Of a stretch of DNA of 64,000 nucleotides, positions 48,054 through 60,119 are shown one piece after another. Source of the DNA: Octopus vulgaris (lineage: Eukaryota). The DNA is taken from NCBI GenBank assembly GCA_951406725.2, contig OX597827.1:78616001-78680000 (forward strand). Direction: 5' to 3'. The translations under genes were made by a program, and so were the position numbers. Numbering within the stretch: position 1 is the first letter of the stretch; the number at the start of each line of letters is the position of its first letter. The notes beneath the pieces are model-generated. The model saw only the letters and a program-made list of their open reading frames with translations, searched no databases and had not been told where the DNA came from.

Positions 48054-49573
48054 ATTTGTTGGTTCCACAGAAGTGTGTTCCTCTAAGATATTGCTGACAT
48101 ATCTGAGATGTGTTTTGGGGGACAGAAATGGTATCTAGTCAAGAAAATTCTTCCTCAATGAAGTCACATCTGATGCATGAAAGTATGGAAATGGGGACAG
48201 CATTCCCCTACTTTTCATCCCACTTAGTGAATATGAATATTTTAGATGACCATCTCATTGATAGGAAAGCCCTCACTACTGCAGATTCTTTTCTACTCTT
48301 AGACACAAGGCTCAAAGTTTTTTGGGGAGGGGGCCAGTTGATTAGATCGACCCCAGTACGCAACTTTGTTATAAAGTATTAGCAAATAAAAAAAAGGGGG
48401 GGAGCAATAGTTAAAAAAAACGTTTGAGAAACACTGGTGTAATCTAATGGTGCTGGTGTTGCCTTGTTTCACAATATCTAAAAAACCATCAGAAAATGTT
48501 TGTTCAGCCGAATCTCCCTCAACTTACTCCTTTCTGACTTTGGAAGGAAGTGGGGACAATGAATGCTAACAGAGATACCGAATTGTTGACTGAAACACCG
48601 AGAGGTCATGGCTGGAACGCCTATAACCAAATGTCAGCTGAACCATAACTGACCTGTGGATTAAACACTAATACCATTTAGGACATCAAATACATTGACG
48701 AACTATACAGAATATAAAAACTTTGTAAGGAGACAGGGTTTTTTTTTAACCACAGGAGATTCAAAAGCTAATGTTCTATCAAAGAGAAACATTATTTGAA
48801 TGAGACCAATATATTACTGGTACTTTATCAATGCCATTGTACTTAACATATAACAAATATTATAATGATAATATTAAGGCAGAAAAACTGAAGTAAGCAG
48901 AGTTAAGTACTTTACAACATCATAATAGCTGTACTGAGATTTGAACCTGAGACCATGTAGTTAGTAGCCCAACATTTTAACCTTACAGCTATTGTACTTC
49001 ATTTACATAAAAAGTCCGTACTTTAAATTCCAAAGTATACTGCCATACGTTTTATCCTCATCACCATTTAACATCCGTTTTTCTATGCTGGCATGGGTCG
49101 GACAGTTTGATTGAAAACTTGTAAGCCAGAGAGCTGTACCAGGTTTTGATCTGATTTGGTAAGGTTTCTACAGCTGGATGCCCTTCCTGATGCCAACCAC
49201 TCCGAGAGTGTAGTGGGTTCTTTTTATGTGCCACCGACAATGCGACATTATTATGATACTGGTGTTCTCTCTCATCCAGATACAAAGACTTAACCAACCA
49301 CGTAGAGACATAATTAGTTTGTCTTGAATTAAGTCCTTTCTTCTAATTTGGCACAAGGCCAGCAACTTGGAGGCTAGAGGGAAATGAATTATATCACCCC
49401 CAAATGCTCAAATGATACTTGCTTCATGTAAGAAGCTAGAAAAAATACAGTTAAGCATTTTGTCCAGCTCATTAACGAATAATCTACCACTTCACAAACA
49501 ACCTTAATTTAATTAATAAAGGAAAAACAAATTGGTAAAAGAAAGGAAAAAAAATGTGAAGAAAAAATATATT

Positions 49574-49579
49574 TTTATT
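49574..49579 (-). terminator. Candidate polyadenylation signal of ZNF-C
   Basis: AATAAA on the - strand followed by a U-rich tract, at the end of the TE-poor 2.5-kb region. Confidence 0.5.
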
Positions 49580-52055
49580 TCAACAACACTAAAGAAAAAT
49601 TGTACATTGTTGGACAAATGAGAAATATCTTTACAGCTTCTTGGTAAAGGCAGCTATTTTTTTAGCTTGTTAGTCTCTTTAATTTACATGTTTGGAATTT
49701 TCTGCACTAAAATATTAATTGCCCTCATAAAATTCTAACTTTGTTTAACAATACATTGAATAACGTATTGTCAATAAATGTTGATAAAACTTGCAATCAT
49801 TTCATTTTCCAAGCTGATTCCATTTGAGAAAAGCAAAACACAATTTGAAATTTTAAAAGTTGCTGATTCTGTCTCAGTCCAAATTGAAAATGGGAAACTT
49901 TAACGGGAGCAAAGCAGTTCTTTGTACAAGGGATCCCCTGCAGAATAATATGACCTCAAATTTTGTTGGAGCCAAAACTGTTTGTTGGCTCTCTCAACTA
50001 AAAAAAAAAAAGGGGATTCCATCTACAACTCGGTGGAACTCCCAAAGCTGCAGTTTTATACTGAAACTGCCATTCTTTCCACCAGTTGACAAGAAAACAT
50101 CGTCAATCCAGGTGATTCCCATTCACACACACAGTTGTAAACAATAATTGTAACAGAGAGAAATATTATGGAGACACACTGACACACCTTCACAGCTTCG
50201 TTTGAGTCCGTGAAGTGAAACTCTTGTTATAATGGACATAAATAAAAAAGCAAAATTAAGAACAATTATGTGATTAATGTAATTAACTCTCTTCTATTTT
50301 AAAAAATGTCTTCAATTGAAATGATGAATTTTTTTTTTTTTTTTTTTACTTCTTGGGTCTGAAGGAAGGGACAGTGCCCTTGGACCTGTACAGACCGTTG
50401 GAGGCTGGTGAGGTTGATGTCATTAATGTTTTTGCAAAGAAAGACATCAACAAGGAGGGAATTCCAAGGGGATGATGTTCTGGAAAGGAAGGATTGTGTG
50501 AGAGTGATGGGGGTGGGGACACAACAAGGAGGAGGACAGGAATGTCCAAATGGAAGTGACATGAGCCCAGCCAGTTCTGAGGAGCAGTGGCCAAAATAGT
50601 AGCAGTGGTGGAAAAAAAAAAGTAGAGAGAGAAGAGACAAATGTGCCGATGGATCAGAGGCCGGAGTTTAATCTTTGAGTCATGACTTTTCTGCCCAATC
50701 AGTCAGGTGTTGGCTTGTTTCCAGATGCAATCTAGGCTGGATGTGTATTTGTTTGTAAAAGCAGCAATGCCCCAGATACGAGAGAGAGGGAAAGCAAGCA
50801 AGACCCCACTGTATGTCTGGGATCTATAAATTACTCTCATTTTTTCTTAAAACTAAATAAAATGTTTTAAAACCAGATTGACAAAAATATCATTTTCATT
50901 GTCTTCCAATCCAAGTTGTTGCCATTTCTAAATCATTTTTTCCATTGCATAACAAAATGAAGATCCTTCTAGAAATATTATATAATAATTTAGTGGATGT
51001 AGAGAATAGAATCCACAAAATATTGCCATCACCATAGTCTTCTTCATTTAAAATTCATTGAAATAATTGGGCTGAGTGTATTTTGGAAAGAAATCATTTT
51101 TACATCTAAACATGTCATTTCATTTAATGTTTCCCTTAAGAAAACTTCTCAAGTGATAAAAACTTAACCAACAAACAGTTGAATGAATTAGGGCAGTTTT
51201 AAGTGAGCCTTTTTATACTGGAATATTTCAGACAAAGGGACAACCTTGAAATATCAGTTTTCTCTTCTCCCCTCAAAACAGAAACTCCATTGTCAAACTA
51301 TTTTCGCAGGGAGCAGATCACAACAAACCAACTTGGATTCTGCTTTTTATCTTTGAAAGGTGGTTTGAAACTGATGTGAAATAAACCTTTATCCGAAAGC
51401 TTTGCATCCAGAAGAGAAGCAGGAACTTAAATATTCGTCAGCCATTGTTCAAGACCACTGAATGGTAATGTATTGCTGTGCGGAGAGTTGGTTGATGCGT
51501 AAGCTGATGGTTACAACAGCCATCAACAGAAGCTGTCAGCGTTGTTCATTTGTGAGTTCAAATGGGGAGTTTGATTACTGGCTTCATCTAGCAAAAATGG
51601 GAGTAAGTGTGACTACCACTCCTCCACTTAGTTGAGTGTCACTCAACTGAAAGTTAACCTGGAGAGAGGGATCTGGAGACATTTGACAAGTTACAGTGTG
51701 TTGCTGGGGCTGCTGCTACAGTTAACTCCCTTCGTATACATAAGCCTCACCCTCTCTTGATTAAGAGGGGCCTGGTGGTTTCACAGTGAAATACAGAAAT
51801 CAACAGTCCTGTTTTATTGGCCAGACGTTGTGAATGCATTGCTCCTTGCTCAAGGCAGCGTCAAGACTCAAATCCAACAGTTTAACTGCTGCACCAATAT
51901 GACATACAGACACACCACATTATAGAAGAAAATTATGTTAATATAAGAGTTGTTTTATGGAGATTGTGCGATGATATTGATCGAGATAAGATTGAAAGTG
52001 TTATTACAAGAAGATAAAACATCTGGCTCGTTAGGAAGATGTAATGAAATATGGT

Positions 52056-53519
52056 TTAAGTGTTCATTTTCGCATGAGATTTCTTATGTTTCAATAGGTG
52101 GCTGCCATCTGTGAACTTCTTGTCACAAATGTCACAGCTATACGGCTTCTCCCCAGTATGGATCCGTTGGTGCCTGCGAAGGTCAAAGCCTCGAGCAAAC
52201 TTTTTCCCACAGACATCACATTCGTAAGGTCTGAGGCCGGTGTGGCTACCTCGATAATGGGAGTTCAGATGACTGATCTCACCAAATCTGAAGCCACAAA
52301 TAGGGCATTCGTGGGGTTTCTCTCCCGTGTGGCTTCTGTGGTGACGAGTCAGATCACACCGTTTTCTAAAGCTCTTCTCACAAATATCACAGACAAATGG
52401 CCGAATCGAAGAATGCGTTAGCAAGTGAGCCTTCAAATGACTATTCTGGAGAAAACGCTTATCACACTGTTCACACTTGAATCGTCGTTCACCAGAATGT
52501 GGCCGGTTATGAGTATGGAGATGGTTGCCTTTAGAATACAGATTCTGACAGATGTCACAAAAGTACAGTTTGCTTGTTTCGCCCTCCACCTTCACTTTAA
52601 CAGCCCCTGATTGGCTGGTTTTATTGTCCTGACATGGTTGATTAGTCATATTGTCCTGACACGGCTGACTGGTCGTATTGTCACGACATGGCTGATTGGT
52701 CATATTGTCACGACACGGCTGACTGGTCATATTGTCACGACACGGCTGACTGGTCATATTGTCACGACATGGCTGACTGGTCATATTGTCACGACATGGT
52801 TGACTGGTCATATTGTCACGACACGGCTGAGTGCTTGAACTGTCTTGACATGCTTGCCTGTTGGCCATGTTATTTTGACATTGTTGTCGACTGCTACTTT
52901 CCTGGCATGCTTGACTAGTCATATTGTTTCGACATGGTTGATTAGTCCTGGTGTCTTGACATGCCTGATTGGTCATATTGTTTCGACACGGCTGACTGGC
53001 CATATTGTTCCTGCATGTATGACTGGCCATACTGTTCCGACATGGTTGGTTACTGGTCCTGTTTTGACACTGACTTGTCATACTGTTCTGACATAGCTGA
53101 CTGGTAATATTCTGACACAGTTGATTGGTCATATTATTCTGACACGGTTGATTGGCCATATTGTTCTGACAAGACTGACTTGTGGTCCTATTGTTCTGAA
53201 ACGCTTGGCTGGTGGTGCTGTTCTGACACGGCTGACTGGTCGTACTGTTCTGAAATGGCTGAATGCTTGCATTACCTTGAAATGCTTGACTGGTCGTATT
53301 ACTTTGAAACGGTGGACTGTTGCTGTTGTCTTGAAACGGCTGGTTGCTTATATTGTTCTGAAACGACTGAGAGCTGGTGGCCGCAGGGTTGAGCAAGTTC
53401 TTGTTGGACTTTTTGCAGCCCTGCATCATAGCATCCACATTGGCAGCAGCAACAGCCCCACCAGCGTCACTTTCACTGAGGTTCGGTATGGGGAAAAGGT
53501 CCATTGTTACAATGTTCAA
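52056..53519 (-). CDS. C2H2 zinc-finger protein ZNF-C (487 aa, 6 C-terminal fingers, N-terminal 9-aa tandem repeat domain)
   Basis: Six C2H2 motifs with TGEKP-type linkers and a VKVE SUMO-consensus before the fingers. Acceptor TTTTCTCTTTGTTTTCCAG|G (exon from 53951). About 2.5 kb of TE-poor sequence downstream ends at AATAAA (49574-49579, - strand). Confidence 0.95.
   Translation of the reverse strand: MNIVTMDLFPIPNLSESDAGGAVAAANVDAMMQGCKKSNKNLLNPAATSSQSFQNNISNQPFQDNSNSPPFQSNTTSQAFQGNASIQPFQNSTTSQPCQNSTTSQAFQNNRTTSQSCQNNMANQPCQNNMTNQLCQNITSQLCQNSMTSQCQNRTSNQPCRNSMASHTCRNNMASQPCRNNMTNQACQDTRTNQPCRNNMTSQACQESSSRQQCQNNMANRQACQDSSSTQPCRDNMTSQPCRDNMTSQPCRDNMTSQPCRDNMTSQPCRDNMTNQPCRDNTTSQPCQDNMTNQPCQDNKTSQSGAVKVKVEGETSKLYFCDICQNLYSKGNHLHTHNRPHSGERRFKCEQCDKRFLQNSHLKAHLLTHSSIRPFVCDICEKSFRKRCDLTRHHRSHTGEKPHECPICGFRFGEISHLNSHYRGSHTGLRPYECDVCGKKFARGFDLRRHQRIHTGEKPYSCDICDKKFTDGSHLLKHKKSHAKMNT
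52612..53372 (-). repeat. Coding 27-bp minisatellite (~28 units, consensus SQPCRDNMT / SQPFQNNTT) in ZNF-C
   Basis: Plus-strand unit TGGTCATATTGTCACGACACGGCTGAC repeated near-perfectly at ~52640-52830 and degenerately further on. Confidence 0.95.
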
Positions 53520-55384
53520 CTACTTCCAGGACAACATGCCAGTTACAAAACAAACAACTATTCTGGGTATTGGCAGAGTGCTGTCTGCACTGTTGCTATA
53601 GAAACAGTCTGATAATTTTCTACAAGATGACCACCACTATCTAATCACACAATTTTTGTACCATTCCAATGACAAAGCGAGACAGACAGGGAAGTAGCAA
53701 ATCTTACAAGCTGATTTTTTTTTCTCTTTTAAGGAATCTTTGAATGTCCGAACATAACAAGGTTAAAGTCAGTGTAATTAACAGACTGGGTGAATAAAGT
53801 GGACAGAATTAATTTAATTATAGAAAACAAATGTGGTTCACTTCAGGATGTTCATTGTACGTAGAACAATGGAGGATGTGTTGAAATCTTGCAATTTTTT
53901 CTGTAGTTCTGTTGGGACATCAAAGTGACGGGGTCAAACCATCTCAGTCACCTGGAAAACAAAGAGAAAAATGAAATCATTTGGAAAACGGAATTTTATT
54001 TAAAACCAAGACAAAAAATAGGTTTACCTTTTTACTTGTTAAACTATGGCCATGCTGGGGCACAATCTTGAAGGGTTTTAGTCAAACACGTCAACCCCAG
54101 GGCTTGTTTTTTTTTAATCCTAGTACTTTATTGGTCTCATTTGCTGAACTGCTAAGTTACATAAACAAACAAACCAGCACCAGTGTCAAGTGCAGGAGGA
54201 GGAGGAGGGAGGGAGGAAACAGGCAAACACATATACAGATGGGCTTCGTTCAATTTCCATCTACTAAATCCCCCAAGCTTGTCTATAGTGGAAGAGTTTC
54301 CTAAGATGCCATTCAGCAGGACTGAACCCAGAACCATGTGGTTGGGAAGCAAGCTTCTTACCAATACAGCCACAATCTGTAAATCATTAGACCAAGACTA
54401 GCCATAAACATTGTGCTGTAATTAACATACACATCGTCATCGTCGTCGTCATCATCCTCATCACAATGCCCAATTTTCCAGGCTTGCATGGAATGGACAG
54501 AGTTGATCAAGGCAGATTTTCTATGGCCCAGAGTCCCTTTCTGTTGCCCTTTTCCAAGCAAGATAACATTTCCCCATGACCAGACATGCTCTTGCTAGAA
54601 TATTGGAAATGAGCGACACTCATTTGCAATTATCACATCATGTCAAGACGAGGGGAAATAAACACACGTCCACATGAAAGCCTCTTTCAGCTTCCATCAA
54701 CGACATTCATTCACAAAAGCTTTGGTCATCCTGGGGCTACAGTAGAAGACACTTGCTCAAGGTGCCACACAGTAGGGTTGAACTTGGAACCATGTGGCTA
54801 GGAAGAAAGCTTCTACAGTCACCACACACACAACACATTTTCTAGGGGCAGAAGTAATTTTAACAAATCCAGAATTTACGTTGTACAGCATTTGCTATAC
54901 CTGTATTTTCCTATGTCAGTGGCCACCCTGACTTACTTGTCTTGGCTCATATTTATATTTATGCACACAGTCTTAACAACAAAATATCACAATAATTTCA
55001 TATATATTGGACATTTTGGCAGAGGGATCCAATCAATAGTGACCTGTAGTAGGGCAGAAGAGGAATGACCATCAAACCAGAAGTCAATCGCCCAGTCTCC
55101 GACACTTACACATTCAACAGACATCAATTTTAGCCGGACATGATGTATAAAATTACAACAAATGAAAACAAACCAAAGTCAAATTTAAGCAATATATTCC
55201 CACAGAAATTTGGGGAAGGGAGTTAGTCAATTACATCAGCCCCAATACACGACTGGTATTTTAATAAAAGACACACCTACATGCATTTTTCAGGCATAAA
55301 TTCAACAGTTTCTTACTTTGCCTTTATTTCTTCATTCTATTCTATAAGCTGAATTTTGTTTTTACATAATTAAGGGGTTTTCAA

Positions 55385-55672
55385 ATTTATAACATTTTTT
55401 CACGATGAGAGTTGCTGAAGTGTGGAACAAACTGCTGGCATCAGTTGTTAGTTGTCGGAGCACTGCATCCTTCAAAACTTCCATGCTTCCTGAGATTCGC
55501 CAACACTACACCTGATTTTCTCCCCTCCATACACACACAAGCATGTATCTGACTCATACACTGTTCACTTCCCAGACATTTGTACATTACTGCATATGCT
55601 TTATATGCACTTTCTGACCAGTTGTGGTGCACCTGAGCACTGTATACAATAATTATCATTATTATTATTATT
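55385..55672 (+). mobile_element. CR1/L2-clade LINE 3' end
   Basis: FFTMRVAEVWNKLLASVVSCRSTASFKTSM matches the CR1-type C-terminal FFSxRVVxxWNxLP motif; ends in (ATT)n. Confidence 0.8.
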
Positions 55673-56773
55673 AAATATAAAACCATGAGAAAGTAAATGC
55701 TTCTAAACAGATTTACAATCTATTGACTAATGACTTCAACTGACAGAACTGAAACAATTATCATAATATTCATTACAATTATAATTTATTATAATTATTA
55801 TGATGATCTTCAAGTTGCTACCTAAAAAAAGGCCTTTCTGTAGTCTTAGGGTTTACTCTGACAGATTGTCCAAATTTAACCACTAAACATCAAAACAGAC
55901 ACCTGACAAACATTGAAAGCCATTGTCCCAAGTTTTGGTTTCATTCTTTAGTAATCTGGTCTGAATTTATTCCACATAAGAAAGAATGTTTTTTATAAAT
56001 GAAGATATATTTTCATCAACAGATTTATAACTCTAAAACTGCAAAGATGAGCAAAAAACCCCATTAAATTCAAAAGAAATTCATTTACATTTTGGTTGGG
56101 ATTTTAAAATTGAGTAGACAGATGGTGCCTGATAAATATGTGTTTTCACAGGGTGGTTCTGTATCAGGTGTTTCCAGCTGTTCTAAATTCTGATGAATAT
56201 TTGTACAATCTTGTCTACTAGTTTACTACAGTTTTTTAAGAGCAAAGACTTAAGTTTGTTGAGATAAAGGTCAGGGTTAGGAAATACTTGAATCTCCTTA
56301 TACACAGTATCACGTTAATGAGAGTCTGTTGGTCAAGCTATCCCCACACTTTGATTAGCAGATTAATAACTTTTAAACTAATTACAGTGTTGTCATAAAG
56401 ACAGTGCAGTTTAATCAATTGAAAAGAGACATACACTGTCAGCTGCCACAACTGGTATGCTACCACAAGATATAAGACACTTAACTATTTTCATAATTCA
56501 ACAGCCTCTTGTCGTCCAATTAGTCACTTCTAGTGATGTGCTGTACTAATGACTCTCTTCACTCCAGATATTATTTTCTTGCTCATCATTTCCCCCATCA
56601 AATACATTCAATGGTGTCACAACTTTTAATTGTCTTTAGGTTTCTTAAATATTTCCATTTTCACAACCTCCAGTCCTTTCCATACCTGGTCTGGGTCTGG
56701 GCCACTCTATTTCATTAGAGAAACAACAGTTGGACCACACCTTATTTTATTAGGGTTACAGGCATTCTATTAA

Positions 56774-56993
56774 CCCTTTCTTTACTACATTTATTTTGCG
56801 GTGCTCTGGGTTTCTTTCAATTACTTTAAATATAACAAAGAATTTAATAAAATAACTGAGTTATCGTTCAGCTAGTGTTAGGAACATAAATTGTGACTAG
56901 GGTTTGGTGGAAGATTTTAATTCAAAACTTACGAAAACAAGACATTTGTACTCAGAGCCAGACCCAGTTTCAGCCGGGTTGGTAATGAAAGGG
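56774..56993 (+). mobile_element. piggyBac-like MITE
   Basis: TTAA-CCCTTTCTTTACTA...TGGTAATGAAAGGG-TTAA; internal sequence matches the other two copies. Confidence 0.85.
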
Positions 56994-57089
56994 TTAAGGG
57001 ATCTCAGAGCACCTCATGTGTCTGTCAACCAACAAGCTACTTAATGGATATGGAATTTCTGTTCCAGCATCAGTATTTAGCAGGGCCTC

Positions 57090-57480
57090 ATATCAGTGAG
57101 GGGGGCCGGTGCGCATTGATGCCGTCGAGAGGTAGGCCCCGAAACGGCGCGCATTCTCTCCTGGTGACCCCATACACTTGCTGGCTTCTGGTATATGGAG
57201 CTTTCGACTGGTAGCACTTGCATGTGCAAGTTGTTTGCAAGACATCATCTCCACCCAATGCGAAACAGCCACTATCTGGCTTACAGACCATCTCATCAAT
57301 GGGCTTCCTTGGCCAGGAAACACACCTGATCTGAACCTCATACAAGAATTGGTGGGTTGCACTTGTTGAGTAACAATCAGTCCACCAGAGAGTTCGATCA
57401 TTTCAATTGCTTTGAACAATGATGAAGATAACAGTGTTATTGTTGTGCCGGCTGCCTACACCACCACTATTTTGTCTTTA
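57090..57480 (+). mobile_element. Tc1 (DD34E) transposase remnant
   Basis: WLTDHLINGLPWPGNTPDLNLIQELV matches the Tc1 WPxNSPDLNPIENLW motif. Confidence 0.7.
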
Positions 57481-57686
57481 TCTCCTTCATGCTCAGATCA
57501 ATGACAAGTTAAAACATTAGATCCTTCACTCTTCACAGAAGTTGAACTTATCCAACTACTCTGGGAACTCTACCAGATTCACAGCAATTCAAGAGCCTAT
57601 TACAGAAGAAGTGATAAAGTATCATTCTGATTTCATTGATTAACCCCTTCCTCACAAAATTTATGGCCTTCTACCTACACTGAAAA

Positions 57687-57719
<33 letters not shown>

Positions 57720-57722
57720 AAA

Positions 57723-58150
57723 GGCGGTGAGCTGGCAGAATTGTTAGGATGCCGGGTGAAATGCTTAGTGTTATTTCATCTGCTGCTGCATTCCGAGTTC
57801 AAATTCCGCTGAGGCTGACTTTGCCTCTCATCCTTTCAGGGTCAATAAATCAAGTACCAGCTGAGTACTGGGGTCAATGTAATCGACTATCCCCCTCCCC
57901 CAACATTGCTGGCATTGTGCCTATAGTAGAAAGGATTATCATTATTAACATTAAGGTGGGGTGAGCTGCCTGAATCGTTGGCACACCAGACAGAATGCAC
58001 AGTGGCATTCTGAGTTCAAATGCTGCCAAGATCAACTTTGCCTTTCATCCTTTTGAAGTGAATAAAACAAGTATTGGGTCTGATGTCATCAACTGGTCCC
58101 TTCTCCAAAATTACAGATTTTATGCTTCTTAGAGTAAAAAGGATTATCAT
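57723..58150 (+). mobile_element. Two tandem family C SINE copies
   Basis: GGCGGTGAGCTGGCAGAA head at 57723 after (ATT)n; second head at ~57955. Confidence 0.8.
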
Positions 58151-58525
58151 TAGCATCACTGAAGACTGGGTCTCTGGATTAGTTTGTGCTGTAAGTCTCA
58201 TACAAACACCTGGTAATTCCCAAATGAAATTGGGTCACATTAATAAAGATTAAATCTATGTCAGGGTCTGTTGTTCGTCTTGTATTCCAGGTTCAAACCT
58301 CATCAAAACCAATCTTCATCCGTCAGCAGGTCATTCACTCAGTTCAGTCATTAGACTGTGACCATGCTGGAGCATTGCTTTGAAGAACTTTCAGTAGAAT
58401 GAATCAACCCCTTATACTCTTTTTATCCTTTTAAGCCTGACACTTCTTCTATCCCTTTCTTTTACTGAAACACTAAAGATACAGGGACGTAAACACACCA
58501 ACACCAGTTGTCAAGTGGTGATAGG

Positions 58526-58558
<33 letters not shown>

Positions 58559-58609
58559 CACAACAAGCTTCTTTCAGTTTCTGTCTACCAAACCCATTCG
58601 CATGGCTTT

Positions 58610-59154
58610 ATTTCTTACATTGCCATAAAGGCAGAACCCAGATAATGTAGCTTTGCAGGCTGGGCACAAACATTAACGAGATGAATGATAATGATACACT
58701 AATGAAAAAGATGGGAGAAGCCAGAAAGCGCCCGCCGACCCTCTGCTTCTCTATAACATTGTTCTTTACAAAACACATAAACTGAGGTCTTAACCCTCTT
58801 ACAATTTTAAAATACAATATTTGGACTTAAAAAGTTCACACAAATATAATATACAATTCATATTCAACTTGAGGCAACCAACCTCTACAACCCTTCCCCA
58901 AACAGTTCCCTTGTGATCTGTAGGCTTTCCTGCAACCGCAATCCGGGGTCACAAAAATCCCTTCTATATTTCTTGTTTTTACATGAGTTACGTATTTTTT
59001 TTTCCAGTACCAGAGCAGCCACTCTGGACTGTCAATAAAAGTTGGGTCCATCAGAACCCGCCTATCCAACTCCGTTTCTACAACGAAATTGTCCATAGCC
59101 CCTCCCCAGAGGTACCAGAACATATATTCTTCACCACTTTCACTGGGAGGGGCC
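58610..59154 (-). mobile_element. Probable 5'-truncated LINE (L1/Tx1-like) inserted into a CORE-SINE
   Basis: Splits a minus-strand SINE. Flanked by TCGCATGGCTTT / TCACAAGGCTTT (TSD-like). The minus-strand end reads AAGAAATAAA. Confidence 0.5.
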
Positions 59155-59535
59155 TCACAAGGCTTTTGGTGAGTTTGAGACTATAGCAGAAGACACTTGC
59201 AGTGGGACTGAACCTAGGACCATGTAGTTGGGAAGCAAACTTCTTACCACAGAACCACACTTGCGCCTAGTTAATAAAATGAAGTACCAGTCATATACTG
59301 GGTTTTATTTAGCATTCCTCTAAAGAATCCAAAACGTGAATAGAATAAGGTGCCAACCTATTAATAGTCAGACGTTTTACTTCAATGCCTCAAGGTATGT
59401 TCAAGCTCTCTGACCTTTTTGAGTTCAAATAAAGTCAAGATCACTTTGCCTTTCATTCTTGCAGGGTCGATAAATAAAGCACTAACCCAGTACTGGGGTC
59501 AGTCCTCCTTCACCCAATGGAAAAGTCAATATTAC

Positions 59536-60119
59536 CTCATGGGTAAGAGAAAAAAAAAGCCGGAATTGGATGGGTTTTCCCCTTCATTTTTTTTTTTGTT
59601 CCTATATTTCTGTGTTTCATCCAACGGCAATTACAATTCAGAAACACCTGAGTTTTCCCTTCCCCATCCCACCACCATCTTCTGCCTTCATTTTCCCTCC
59701 CCATCAGATCGATACACTCATTCCAAAACACTGTTCCCACTCTAGTCTTCCACACGAAATCGGCTGAGGTGAGACAGGACAAGGACGGACCCCACCGAGT
59801 CTCAAATAGACCCAAGACGCCGCCGCCGCCGCCCTATGTCGCGGCGATGCACCGATGCCTTCATCACGAGTTGATGAAGGCCTCCCGTCAAGACAAGTTA
59901 TTTGGTTGCCACCGTTTCGTTTAAACACCCACGCATTGCTTGGCAGGCACTGAATTGTTTTCCTGCTGACATCTTTTGATAATGAAACAATAAATGATCA
60001 ATACTTTTAATAAGACTTCCATAATATGTATAAACGAGAGAGAGAGAGAAAGAGAGAGAGAGAGAAAGAGAGAGAGAGAAAGTATTAAATGTGACACAGA
60101 TATAAATATATCGATACGT
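59536..60119 (-). other. Candidate 5'UTR exon of ZNF-C
   Basis: Acceptor CTCCCTTTCAG| (60120-60121) and donor GAG|GTAATA (59535); GC-rich interior with (GCC)5. Confidence 0.4.

Larger units (their letters stand above)
46442..48223. repeat. ~120-bp inverted repeats (46442-46566 and 48112-48223)
   Basis: The ORF track gives the same peptide QENSSSMKSHLMHESMEMGT on opposite strands; the nucleotide reverse-complement match is visible. Confidence 0.85.

Noticed and set aside
50299-50640. ORFs and a poly(T) tract as a retrocopy or small gene
   Set aside because: No recognisable domain or TSD; lies within the probable ZNF-C 3'UTR.
52611-53612. Plus-strand ORFs such as MADWSYCHDTADWSYCHD (superficially reflectin-like)
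   Set aside because: Antisense shadows of the 27-bp coding repeat; they lack the reflectin (M/F)D(X)5MD motif.
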